A stretch of DNA of 64,000 bases from Kudoa neothunni. Taxonomy: Eukaryota > Animalia > Cnidaria. Below the pieces are notes generated by a model that had not been told where the DNA came from, did no database searches, and saw nothing but the letters and a program-made list of their open reading frames with translations. Below are positions 13,441 to 27,063 of this stretch, one piece after another. Each line of letters begins with the position of its first letter. The stretch's first letter is position 1. Made by a program: the position numbers and the translations under genes. The stretch spans positions 1,458,717 to 1,522,716 of the forward strand of contig OZ199840.1 in the NCBI GenBank assembly GCA_964304625.1, read 5' to 3'.

Positions 13441-16373
13441 ATGATAATGAGTGGACTTATCTATTATTTTTGGAGTAAATAAATGGATTTCGTTCTTGTT
13501 CATTTTTATTTTAGTATTCTTAATATCTAATATCAATACTAATGTTGTTTCTAAGTCACCAACTATACCCCCTCCAACAGAAACTCTGGCTTATCAAATT
13601 ATTAAAGATTCTGACAATAAATATAAAACAAAAATCAATCTTGGAGGCTCTAATTATGGAAATACGAAAAAGTGCCGTGTAATGAGATCTAACGAGGCTG
13701 AAATCGCGGCGGCTAGTACCGGTAATGTTCCAGGGGCTGAATTCAAAGATATCACCGATTGTAAAACAACTAATGCATCTCCATGTGTTGTCGACTGTCA
13801 GAGTGATGAAAATAAAATAACATACGATAAACTATCTCCAAGAACTAAATACATTTATATATTCGTTGGTGCCAGTATAGAAGTTGTTAATCAAGATCCT
13901 CATAAACAAGGAGGGAAAGTATTCGGATATTCCATACGTAAGAAATTAAATAGACACAATTAGTGGTAAATTGAATTTAGCATTGCTGGCCAATCCTCAA
14001 ATAATCGTATCGACAGTGACGGATGATAATAAACTAAAAATTGAGGCCAAAACATGCGCTCCAGTGGCTTGTCCAATTTTTTATAAAGATATTCAATATG
14101 CTGCAGGCACAAAGAGTGATAATTGCGATGCAGGAAATTCTGTTAATAAAGTTGACTTTGATTTATTATTGCACATTACGAAATGAGATGCACAAATTAT
14201 CCAAGTTTCTTTTATAATATGCCAAATCAATATTTTAAAAAAAGCATTGAAATTTACAAACCTCAATATTATATTGTTGCCAAGGCAGATAACAAAGTTG
14301 GACTTAAGTTCACCAATTCACCATCATCCGAGATATGTCTGTTCAGTATTAAAGATGGGCAAAATGCAGGAACTAATCAAGCGTATACGTCGGTTTGTGG
14401 AAGTACTAACAAGAGTTGTTATGCTCCATGTAAGGATGTTGTGTTGGATGGCATTGCAAGTAAGAGAATCTACGATGTTTTAATCCAAACCAGACATCAC
14501 GATACAACATCTACTGGGGAAAATCTAGGCTACAAACAGACAAAAATTTGGTATTCACATATTTGATATTTCATTTATTATTTTTCTTAGCTATTACTGA
14601 ACCGACTGGAGGTTTACTATCTACTTTCACACATGAGGGATTTTCTTTTGACGGTGCTCCTTTAAAAGAAGGTGATGACCCAAAGTTTACTACATGCACT
14701 CTTCAACATTATCCTGCTGATAAACTCAAGCCAAATGCACCTGAAGACACAAAATGCAATACTAGTAGTTCAACAGGTGGAAAATGTAATACCGATTGCT
14801 CAAAATTAACAATCGAACAACTTCCATCAGGAAAAGCTTACATAATTGAAATTGGAGGTGATGGTATAACAGATCCAGGTAGTTTTAAAGACCAGATATT
14901 AATAAGAACGAGTAAATTGATTTTTTAATTTTAATTTCGTTAAAAATTTTAAAGAAAACGCTTCTGATAAAGTATTTCAAAACACTGAACCGACCAAAAC
15001 AGACACAACAGCTTCACTTACAGCCGTCGGTGGAACCGCAGAATCTGTAGTAGAAAATAAGCCAACTTGTGAATACTTAATAAGTCCAGCAGGAAAGGAT
15101 AGTTTTTACCCCGCGAAGTGCATTAGCAGTTATCCATGCAGAGGGTTATGTAGAGACCAAGTAACAATAGAAGGTCTTGAACCAAACACATCTTATGATA
15201 TCAGAGTGATTGCACATAAGGATTATGATTTCAAAGATTACAAAAATATTACAACAGGTTATTAAAATTAAACTTAAATTTTTCTATTCTAATTATTTTA
15301 ATCAGAATTAACAACACTAACTATAACACACAAGATCAAACTCAATGGTTTGATATTGGATGCACATTTGTCTGCGGGGGATCCCAGTGCAACATGCAGT
15401 TACACCGTGAAAGAGAAGAATGGAAACGAGTATAAAGACGTGTACACTTGTCCAGCAGTTACGAAAGCCACATCGCCTGCTCCTACAGCTGCACCAGCTA
15501 CCCCACCAAATGACCAATCAGTGTTAAGTCATGCACAATTCAACATTTCTAGAATCACAGCATCTCAAATGACGGAAAATTCAGCTATACAACATTCAGG
15601 TGCTTCAAATAGCGCAACCACGTCTTCAAACACATGCTCATCAAATCCCCATTGCAATTTCATAATGTTTACCGAATATGATGCGAAAAAAGACTATCAA
15701 ATATTGGTCACTGCAATTGGAAAATCTTCTACAAAAGATTATATAATTGAAGCAAGTATTAGACTATATAAATTATCTATAGATTTTTAAAAATTGAATC
15801 ATAGGCGCACCAAAAGCGAATCCAAATGATGCTTCTAAATTGATAATAGTCACGATTACTCGTGATGGGAATGATTTCGTTATAAACAGTCAACTTCCAT
15901 CCAGTATGAATGATGGATCAAAATGTAAATGGGAGATACGTAACAGTAGTATCAAATCAAATGCAATTGTAAAATCGTGCATGGGAACTAGAGTGGATGG
16001 ATGCACTACTTTCGAAACCTGTAAAGAATTCAGAATAAATAATTTGCGTGATGGAAACGATTATCATTTGACTGTTTACAATTCTCGAGATGCCACAATA
16101 TTTGGTGGTGCTGACATACAACAAGGTATATTATTTGTTGTATGAATAATTTAATGTTATATTTTGTAGGGGCGAAAAGCAGTTCTGGGTAAATTAAATA
16201 TCATTTGGTGATTTGAATTAATAATTATTTAGTGGAAAAACAAAACTAATGTAAAACTTTTCCGCTATTAATTATTGAAATAATTAGTTTATAGAATAAT
16301 TGTTGCAGTTGTTGCTGGAGTTTTGGTAATAGCCATTGTCGGAGTGGTGATAATGAAGAAGAAAAGAGATTAG
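13441..16373 (+). CDS. Unrecognised type I membrane protein with 7 Cys-rich FN3-like domains (11 exons; at least 2 single-base frame breaks as assembled)
   Basis: Exons 13441-13474, 13515-13937, 13981-14204, 14245-14550, 14591-14911, 14955-15257, 15306-15755, 15805-16125, 16170-16188, 16233-16250, 16295-16373, all with GT-AG introns of 40-49 nt. Signal-peptide-like MIMSGLIYYFWIFLISNINT, FN3-type motifs (LEPNTSYDIRVIA, LSPRTKYIYIF, LPSGKAYIIEI), transmembrane IIIVAVVAGVLVIAIVGVVIM, tail KKKRD*. Confidence 0.8.
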
Positions 16374-17326
16374 TGTATTCCTCGGTTTTAATTAGCAGTT
16401 GAATAAATCTGACATAAATTAGCTATATTTTTATATTTAGCGTATATATTTAATGTGTTGCTTTATTTTCAATAATTAAACTAGAGTAATTTAAATGTTA
16501 ATAAAAAATATTAATTTTTGGGCGTTATGATTTTACCCATTTATAAATCTGATACCAATGGAATTATTTATATATGAATCCAATATTAGTGAGATTTCCT
16601 TATAAAGATTTGTAAAATTGGTTATATTTAAAGCTCTTTAATTCATCGAAGTTTTATACATAGACAATACTATTTTTTATATTTTTTTGATTTTGTCAAA
16701 AAATATTTGTTAGGTAATATGAAATTTTTCAAAAATGATCATTCTTAAAAATTTAAACTGCATTTATTTAATTCATGTATCGAAATTTACTCACCGAATA
16801 CTAAGCTATTTCGCAAAAATTATTGGTTCAATTTATTTTATTTTTTACTCATCTCCCTCTATAAAAGAATTTTTTAATATTAATTAAGACTTGGATTAGA
16901 TTCTTACTGTTCTATTAATCAATTCTTCCGATTATTTGGTATTATCCTCATATAGACATGACACGCCATTTCTTCACAATCATAAAGGAAATATTGTATT
17001 TTCATATGCAATGTTTCGATTTAATTTTATAACTTTGTTTTAAAGGGATTCATTTAAAGATTGAGATCAATGTTAAAAACGACTGCATTATTTTAAATAT
17101 TAGATTATGATTTATATCTAGGAACATTATCTAATTATTTTGAACATAAAAGTAATAATTTCATATTTTTGATATGAAGAGTTTATTTCATGAAACTCTC
17201 ATAAAAATTTTGTTAAATGTGTGAACACAAATCACTCATTAACATCTCAATATTTTTCTTTTTAAATCTATTAACAAATTTCTATATTGGACGTCATTTT
17301 CATTTTTATAAAGTAATAATATTCAG

Positions 17327-18944
17327 TTAACACTCGTACTGAGTCGACGATTTTCATCTTTAAATAAGTTTGGGGGTCATTTTTGATCCCAGAATAAAAT
17401 CAATAATTTTACAAATTTATGGATCCATCAAAAACGGCAATCATATTAAAAATTTGTAAAATATAACTATCTAATTATAATTTTGGACATTATTTTCACA
17501 AAATATTGGTATATGAGGGTTACACATAGGTTTCATACAATTCTAATGGCAAGTTGAACGTTTATTATTATGCTCTTTTAGACGAATGGAATATCTTATC
17601 CTTTAATTTAAATCTCATTTCCACGAAATTTAATTCCGGTTGGCTACGTTGTCAATGTCGTATTAATTTGAAATTTTTTCAAAGATACTAAACATTATAT
17701 TTTCTTCTTGTTCGGGGTGGACGATTATAATTATTTTGGGAAAGGCTTATTATAAAAAAAAATTTGATCACAGGTCTGAAGGCAATAATTTTAAAAGAAT
17801 TTAATATTATTAAAAATTATAAATTTGAATTTTTTTATTTATCACAGATATGGTGATAAATAAGGCAAACAGCTTTGTGTCAGTATGTACAAATAGATAT
17901 ATTTCAACCAAGTCTTTATTAAAAACAAGGCACCCGTTATCAATTTTTCGCTTTTCAATATTCGCTGTGATTAATATTAAACATCTTTTAGAGGAATTAC
18001 GTGTTTAATTTGTTAATCAATTATATTTGTAAATATAGTAGAAAGAGGCAAAATATTTTTCGAACTTGGTTTTTCACACACACAAAATAATAAATTAAAT
18101 AGTTCATTTTTCAATAGATTTTTGTATATATAATTGAATCGGGTAGTTTGTAACGGAGAAATTTCATTATTTAAAGTAGGGCTAGTCTGTTTATAATAAG
18201 CATCATTCCAAAAAATATAAATAAAGAAGTTTCTTCCTACAATTTTATTGATTTTTTAATTATCATAATTTATGTGATGCCGCATATTTTTGTTAATTCA
18301 TTTGCTTTATTCCTAAAAATTTTCTAAATATAGTTAGCCATATTTAATAATTATTCATGTTTCTAATTGTAAGCCTAACGTAAACAGTTATTAAACTTGA
18401 GTATAAAATAATATGACAACTTTATATTTACGGATGAATTAATATTAGTCTGGCTTAAAAAATCATAGAGAGGAACTAAATCACAAATATATGAATTCTA
18501 TAGTAAACTTTCAATCGCTCCCGATGATCGGATGGTCGAATGGAACATCATGGGGCAATTTCTGGCCCAAGAGTCATGTTAGGCTTACCACTGTTCGGGA
18601 TCCTTCTAGAAAACCTTAGAAGGTTCTAAAACATTGGAAAGATTTTAATATCACAGATAAAATTTCAGTTTATTTCTTATATCGAATTGTTAAAGTTATA
18701 ACAATTATTTATTTGGAGGTCAAAAATGACTCCAAACTCATTTAAAGGTGAATTTAAGTTAATACATGAATAGAAACAGAATGGATTCAAATATAACAGC
18801 AATACTTTAGCGAATAAAATGGTATGTATAGGGAGATGAATTTACAACGATAAATTTAAGATTTTAATGCTGATCAATATAGTTTTTAAGAAGTGAACTA
18901 TTCTCTGGGGTCACTTTTGATCCCAAACTCAGTATGAGTGTTAA
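17327..18944. mobile_element. Non-autonomous piggyBac element
   Basis: TTAA at both ends. TIRs CACTCGTACTGAGT / ACTCAGTATGAGTG. Subterminal GGGGTCA-N4-TGAYCCC-type palindromes at ~17373, ~18716 and ~18907. No intact ORF. Confidence 0.85.
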
Positions 18945-19905
18945 TATATTCACCCTCTTAATAAAAAAAGCACATAAACACAAGTAACAATCTACATTCA
19001 CATTTATTCATTAACCCCAAAAGATGTAAAACTATCGGTTAACTATTGTCTTAGAAAGTTGGTCAATAGTGAATTCGAAACCTCAAGTGAATTTCTCAAA
19101 AATCCAATATTTCAAAAATAATCAGATATACTAATGTATAAATATAAGAAAGCCTCTGAATTCAACTCCCATCGAGACATCTATAGAATAACATGGTTTA
19201 TCAAAGAAGGATAATTCTTTGTTTGAAAAACAAAAGCGCCGATTAGTTCGAAGCCATTTTTGTTTTATCACGGTATTAGTGAGATATACCCATAAACAAA
19301 CGTTTGAATACACAATTGTATAAGTAAACCATAAACAAACCTTTGAAGATAATATCTTTTGTACACTAAAGAAATAAGGAACAATAGATAATGGAAAATC
19401 CGCGCAAAAACTTTCCAATAAGCGATATGTCATTGATTCATTGTTTACTAACGACCAACACGAATCATTAAACTAACAAGAACCATCCTCATATATTACA
19501 ATATCCTTATATCTAACTACAAAAATTCTCATTGGAGCTTTAAAATAAATGATAAATATTTCACTATATCCTAATATCTCACTAGGAAAATTCTCCTTGG
19601 AGATTTAAACTCAAAAAAATGATAAAATACATTACCCGAAATCAATTAAATCATATATTCATTTATTATTGTTATCTGAGCAAGATCAAAAACAACAATA
19701 AACCAACATATAAAAAAGGTTGGGGGAGTCATCGTCCTTTGATAGGATTATTGATAACACATATTGGCGATGTTTTTTACACTCGTATGCAGTTAGAAGC
19801 TGCCGCATGCAAAAGAATTGACGCCAACACAATTCTTATTTGTTGATAAAACAACTGGTAGCTGCAAAATTTATCACTTAAACTTATTTGGAGGTGCATG
19901 CGCAT

Positions 19906-19918
19906 AATCGGCCACGTA
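19906..19918 (+). promoter_or_regulatory. Candidate ER-stress element (CCACG core) upstream of calreticulin
   Basis: AATCGGCCACGTA about 70 bp before the ATG. Resembles ERSE-II (ATTGG-N-CCACG) and the XBP1/ATF6 core, but the match is imperfect. Confidence 0.4.
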
Positions 19919-19983
19919 GGCATAAACCTTGTGAAATACGACAAATATTTTCGCATTATCATCGGCGTTGGTAGGTGTGATCA

Positions 19984-21876
19984 ATGGGTCTAACATTTGG
20001 TGTAGTTAATTTTTTAATTGTACTTTCTTTGACTTCCTCAGCCTATACGGTTGTGTATGTACATCGAGCTTATGAGGGTATGATTGTGGTGGGCGTTGTT
20101 TCACCGAATAACGACAATTGACATAGATGAAACAACTTTTAAGGACTGGATCAAGAGTGATAAAAAACCAGATACAGCTGGTACATTGGAATTGAAAGAG
20201 ATGAAATTGTTGGCTGATCCCACTAAAAGATGTAATTGTGGCTTCGAATAATATTAATTAATATGGTTTGATGGGAACTTTTGGATTTATTGTGAAAATT
20301 TAGCACTTTACACCGCTCAACCAGGAAAGTTCTATCATTACTCATTGCCGCTTGAGAAGCCGGTTAGTACAGTTGGAAAAGATCTCTCATTCCAATTTGC
20401 TCTCACTCACGAAGATGGTATCAGTTGTGGAGGTGGTTATTTGAAGTTGTTGACCAAAAACGATCCCAAAAATTTCGATGGTGAAACACCATACGCTATT
20501 ATGTTTGGACCGGATGTGTGTGGACCATCTGGAAGAATTCATTTGATTTTCAATATTAGGGCAAAAATGTGTTGAAAACTGATGATATTCCATACACCGC
20601 TGACAAAATGACACACATTTATACACTTGTGGTCCGTGCTAACAAAAACTACGAGGTTTACAAGGATTGTGAACTTGTTGATAGCGGCCTTATTGATGAA
20701 AAATGGGATTTTAAATTGCCAACCGAAATCAACGATCCTAACGATAAAAAACCAGCCGATTGGGTTGATAATGAGATGATGGATGATCCTGAAGATATAA
20801 AGCCTGAAGTATATATATAGACAGTTCATATATTTGAGCTGAAATTGATATTGTTGATTTCGATGGTTTGATTTGATTTCATTGATTAGGACTGGGAAAA
20901 ACCGGAATTTATTGATGATCCTAATGCTTTCTAAACCCGCCGAATGGGATGATGAAACCGATGGTGAATTTGTTCCCAACAAAATAGCCAATCCAGAGTT
21001 TAAAGTGGGTTATCAATTTCATTTGATAATGAAGCTGTGGTCTATTGGTCCTTAAAATTTTAATCTTCTGTCTAATCTAAGCGCAGTTTTGACTTTGTTT
21101 AATTATTTTCGATCTTTTTTACTATAGTTGATTATTCGAAAAAATAACCTACAACAGATTCTCTAAACATAAGTGTGTTTGGATCTACCATTAGGACTTG
21201 CAGCGAATAAAGATGGCGGATGGCGTATGCGCATCTGACATTTTAGGATTAAATTCTACGGACCAATAGCCACTGTCGTTATGCTATACAATGGATTAAT
21301 CTGCTCATATTAGGGCACATGGAAACCGAAACAAATTAAGAACCCCAACTACAAAGGAGTATGGAAACAAAAAAAGATCCCCAACCCTGAATACAAGGAT
21401 ATAACCACTTTTGCTGAATATTCAAATATCCACGCTGTTGGTTATGATATTTGGGCTGTAAGTTGAAAATTTTAATTTTTTAACACTAAAATATAATCCC
21501 TTTTTGTTTATTTTTATTGTTTATTTTTTATTGTTTATTGTTAGGTGGCATTATTTTTAATTCCCACATTTATAATTTATAGGTCGATGGTCACTCACAC
21601 CTTAGCCATGTTATGTTATCAGATAATTCAGATGAAGTTCTAGCTGAGTGCAAGAAAATATTCTCCATTTTCAAAGAATACAACAACAAGGTTGAGGAAG
21701 CCAAGAAAAAACAAGATGAAGAACTTGAGAAACAAGCCAAAGCTGCTGCTAGTGAAGCCGCCAAAAAAGAACCTGCGAAAGATTCTGGTGATGATGATGA
21801 TGACGATGATGAAGAATTAGACACAGGTGATGCCGATGATAAGAAAGAACCGGTAGATGAAAAAGATGAGCTTTAG
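19984..21876 (+). CDS. CALR: Calreticulin (6 exons; two single-base frame breaks as assembled)
   Basis: Exons 19984-20077, 20127-20231, 20304-20808, 20890-21004, 21314-21457, 21583-21876. Signal peptide, CGGGYLKL, YAIMFGPDVCG, P-domain repeats (DPNDKKPADW, DPEDIKPEDW, IKNPNYKGVW), acidic tail ending KDEL*. Confidence 0.95.
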
Positions 21877-24091
21877 ATTTTGCTCACAATTCACAGAAAT
21901 ATACGTTTGAAATTATCCATTTTCTCTATTATTTTGTTGTTCTAGTCCATTGTTTGTTGAGCTTATGAATTATAAGTCGATCTTTATTACATTTTTTTGA
22001 GATTAAGTTGCGTTTTCGTTAAGTTTCTAAAGTTTTTGTAGTATTTTATTTAGTATGTTTTAACATCTTTTGACCTGCCTTCATTTTAATTCTAATATTC
22101 TGTGTTGTTTATTCAAGAATATTAGTTATATTAATGGATTGCAATTAAAGATTGTGAATTTTATTCAATATCATCCGTAAAATTAAGACTTTTAATTAAC
22201 AAATTTTTTAGGTTTATTTATTATTTCAAAAACCGTATATGCATTCAGTTTGCAGATTTTCTTAGTTAAATTATTGTTGGCGATAGGTTAAAATTTAATC
22301 TCGAAAATATGATATTTTTTGTAATAAATGACCATATTATTAATCTCATGTTGAAAAAGTTTGATTTTTTTTAAATAAATTATCACTATCGAATTATGTT
22401 TATTTTTTAAATCTATATTAATATCACATAAAAACAACTTTTTATGGAGTAGTCGAGGGAATAAAATTGATTTCAGCATACATAGGTTTAAAAAATTCTT
22501 ATGTGTCAAATAAATTATATTAATCTCTAAAATGGATGAAGCTAAAATTTTGTAATTTTTCGTACTTTTAACGATTATAATTGCCTTAATTAATCTAAGA
22601 TACTAAACAGGGGGATCATATAAATAGAAATTATATGTTAGGACGAAAATTAATCTCTTTATTTAGAAAAAGTATTACTCTACCTTTTCGTATAAAAAGA
22701 CGCATACCGGTTTTATCAATATAAATAATTTAAATAATTTGATTAAAGAAAATTATCAAATCCGTATTGAGCTTGATTATTGAAAGTTTTTTATACAGGA
22801 CGGGTTAATCGAATCTAATGACACAGTCTTTGTATTGATGTTAAAAATGTATCTGACTGACACATACGGCACCAAACCATCTTTATTTAAACAAACATGG
22901 ACCTATTTGTTATATTTAAAACAACTAATACAATTTTAAAGTGCATTAATAAAATTAAATGTATTGAAAGCCTTTTGTATAAGGAGTTTATTTGGTCACA
23001 TTTCTATTTTAGTTTAATGTACCGTTTTTAATCGAAATTGGGAGAGTTGGAGTTCGCGCTGTTTCTTGCAATCTATACTTGAGAGAAACTTGAATAAAGT
23101 TAAGTATGTTGATATCGGATATTTTAAAAATTGTTGAGAAGAATGAACCATCTTCTTAAAGAAGCTAAGTCTTCCAGAATCTAGAATTTTTTATTTTAGT
23201 AGTTAAATGAAACTCTCAAACCGTAATGGATTCGCCAATCGTTATTGCTTTTGTTTCGTAAAATGTTATGTTGAGAGGAACCGACAGTAGAAATATGGAA
23301 AATATTTAATTTAGAACCTCGTTAAATTCCCCGCTTTTTAGTGATTAATAAGGAATACGTTTGTGCAGGTTCCGCCTTTATAATATCACTGCATTAGATA
23401 GAACAAGCCGAAAAAATAGTCTCTAAGGATCAGCGACCTCTTTTTTTTTATTTCCATGTGAATGATTTGTTGAGAAAATAGTTTATTAATAATTTTTTTG
23501 GCAATGAGGATAACTTTATTCATTATTTTTTCAATATTGATATCTTCATAGCATCAAATAACCGTGTAAAATATAACGGGACCAATTATTCTATACTGTG
23601 AACTCCTATTTATCCACCGATACAACATTTGTGAATGTTATATCAGCGAAAATTTTACTAATGTATGAATTCAATAACGTATTATACAAAATTATCGGTG
23701 AGATCTTGTCGATAACGGGGTTTATCAGCTATTTTTTCTAAATAACTGAATTAGATAAAATGATAAATGCGCTTTAGAATTATTTTCATATTATTATTTT
23801 TTTTAAATTGGTTTATTCTCCTCCTTAGATTTCTTATTTTAACTAATGTATATTTTTGAAGGATGAAATTCTTAAAAAAATTGAATGTAATCTCGTTGTA
23901 ATTAACTCATTATATCTTCAGTTTATAGGGAAAAATAAGTTAAAAAATTTATAAACTACAAAAATAATAATTTAAGGCAATATCATCATTAATTCCACAA
24001 ATAAAAATAATAAGCAATGAATTTTACTATGTCTAAAATAACTGAAACCGCCTACAAAATGCCACAAACGTGAATGAAAGGATTAAGTCTC

Positions 24092-24160
24092 TTAACCCTC
24101 GAAGGACCGTGCTCAAAAAACTTACGTGTGTTACCATAGGGGCCGGTTAGCGACCCCAGT
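24092..24160 (+). mobile_element. Solo piggyBac terminus
   Basis: TTAACCCTCG...CAAAAAACTTACG...GGGGCCGGTTAGCGACCCC has the same layout as the left end at 37729-37793. No partner end found. Confidence 0.6.
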
Positions 24161-25996
24161 GTTTTCTATTATAATGATTGAGAATGACTCTAAATTTTGA
24201 AATTTTTATTAATTAATCATTTCAAAATTAAAATATATGTTTAAAATATCAAAGCGACAAGAATTTGTTAAAAATATCGCAACCATTCCAAGAGACATTA
24301 CCAATTAAAGTTATCCAAACAAAAATTCAAATGGTGTATGTAATAGATGTAATTATTTTAGTTTCGTTTTTAACTAGATGTAACAAAATAAAAACTTCTA
24401 CGCCACTTTTAATATCAATATTAGGCTGTTCGGCGATGTAACTAATAGGAGGTAACTCCGCTGAAGTTGGGTAATCCAATATTGATTTACATATAGATAT
24501 GTTTACAAACACATCTTGAAAAATAAAGAATAATTTTGAGTCTAAATAAGTAAGGATGAGTTTATTTTAAATATGTGTGGAAATATTTTTAATCAGAATA
24601 AAAATATGATTCAAAGCTTATTTCTTTCAACTTGGTCTTAATCGTTTCAATAGTTATGAGGAAATGGGCTAGCTTAATTTCACTAAGAATTAAAAATATT
24701 AACATGAATGTTTACTTTTTAGTTTTATGGAACAGCGAATCACTGAAAGTTGACGATATCATGACACAGAAATGTGACTACGTTTTAATCTATGAATTAT
24801 TTAAACGAAACTATTAATTTCAATAAAATAGGCCCAGCTTTTGATTTAGTACAATTTAAATTTAATTTATGGGAAAAATAAATATTTTAAACTTAATAAA
24901 ATAATTTAAATAAATAATATATTTAATTTTATATAATTTTTAATACAAATGTTAGTACATCGGAAAATAATTTCCCAAGTATTTTATTACAATTAAATTT
25001 GCTCTAAGCTGGAGTTCAATTTTGTTGTGGAAGAATTGAATGCAACCATAGTTATGTGACAGTATAAAATTTTAAGTAATGGTATATTTTGAACGCAATT
25101 GTTAACTTAAATAATCACTGATAAATAAAATACCCAAGTGACACAGGAAACTGGACTTACTTTTGATTAACCTAATAACACGTGCTAGGGTAAATTATGG
25201 TTTTAGCCTATGTTTTTTGTTATTTTTTAAAACATTATACAATTTCATTGTTAAATAATACACAAGATAAAATAATATCATGTAATTAGAGTAATTTTAG
25301 CATTTTTTATTTGTCAGCGAATTTCCTTATCCGCGAGGTATATGTTCCTCACAGATAACAATACAGGGTGTTCATTGTATATCGAAAAAATTGTTAATAC
25401 TGCTCCAATACGTGTATAAAGGTTTTATTTTTTCAATCGACATTTTACTGTAATATGAAAATTAAATTTCATGATTTTTTTAAGTTATCAAATCATTGGT
25501 CGATGAATGAAAAAATGGTTAACTTGGCCATAATTACCAATAGTTCATTCCAAACTATTGTACTACTTTCGTTCTACAAATGTTTGTAGAAAAAATCTCA
25601 AAAAGTAAGGTATTTTTAGTAGATTTTCTTCACAGAACCACTATATCTCATAAAAAAATTAAGGCATAAATTCAATCTGACTCCATTACCATAATTGATA
25701 GATTCAAAAGTTATGGTACAGTCCACAATTTTTATACTCGCCCCACTGTAAATCACATAAAATTTATCGAATGCTGCAGGAGCTCAAACAAAACATCATC
25801 TAAATAACTTTTGCGCGTAATTAAACACATAATATCACAAAGGAACAGAACCTCTTTATTTAGTGAAGATGATTCTGTTATTAAAATGACTCTCAATGAA
25901 TTTTTCGTTATATTTTAATGAAAAATTAAAAAAACAAATATAATTTATGAAATATCTTTATGTTTTCGTAGGAAAATTTAATCTAAAATTATTTAG

Positions 25997-27063
25997 GGCT
26001 ATTTTATAGTATATGTGACGAATTTTGGCTTTGTTCGTAAATTGTTGAATAATTGTTTGGGATGGGAAGTTTTAGGAAATTATTCACATAAGAGGACATT
26101 GACGATATGAAAGTTTTTGATTTTGCATATTTTTGTGCAGATAACATATAAACAATTAAATTTTTGCAGAATCTTGGACTTCTACAAAGCTACATGAAAT
26201 GTTGGTGTGACGCGATAATGAAGATATCAACAAGAAAAGACACCGGTGATAGCTACCCAATTTAAGTGTATAAGATGCCGAAAACGATGCTCAATAAGAA
26301 AAAAATAATATTTTTGAATTATCCAAACTTCCTCTGTGAAAAAAGTTTTCTTTTTATGTTTCACGTCATACAAAATCCAACGGCTACTTACGAAACGCTA
26401 CAATTTTATTTCAAAATAGAGTCATATGCTGCTATTTTTGAATGGAAGAGTATTATTCACGATTTAATGACTTCAAAACTTTATGAAGAATCCAAAAAAA
26501 TGGGGGAGTAGGAGTCGTGCAGATCGATGAAACCGCTATCTCAAAAAGAAAATATAACGTAGGTAGATTATTGAAGAACCAACAATACTGGATGATAGGC
26601 GGTATAGATGAAGATGGAAACTGATTTTTAGAAATTTCCCGCCTTAGAAATAAAAGTGTTCTGGAGGAAATAATCACCAAGAATGTTGAAGACGGTTCCA
26701 CAATATGGACAGGTGGTTGTGCCGGGTATAATCGACTGTATAATCGACTGGCAGATTTATGGTTCGTTCATGGGAAAATGATCTATAAAAGGAGATTTTT
26801 ATCGGACGAAAGTGTTCATTCAAATCGAATCGAAGCTACTTGGGGAGCTTTCAAATGCAAATACAGAAACGCGACCAAAAAAACTCTGGAAAGTTTTCCA
26901 AGATATATATACTTTTTTTGTTTAGGTTTAAATAAAAAATTAAAAAATTGTGCACTCTGTGTAGATATATAAAGATTTCATATTCAAATTTAATATGGTG
27001 CCAAATTTATCCCGAGCGTTATGTTTTTGTACCAAAATTCGTTACAATTACTGTAAAATAGCC
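25997..27063 (+). mobile_element. Merlin/ISXO2 (IS1595-like) transposon, decayed
   Basis: TIRs GGCTATTTTATAGTATATGTGACGAATTTTGG / CCAAAATTCGTTACAATTACTGTAAAATAGCC. Transposase fragments GGVGVVQIDETAISKRKYNVGR, WMIGGID, GSTIWT, HSNRIEATW. Confidence 0.88.

Noticed and set aside
14184-14186. In-frame TGA as selenocysteine or readthrough
   Set aside because: Reading through does not join the next exon in a sensible frame; a one-base shift upstream explains the structure.
21591-21824. Ser/Ala-rich minus-strand ORF
   Set aside because: Shadow of the acidic calreticulin tail.
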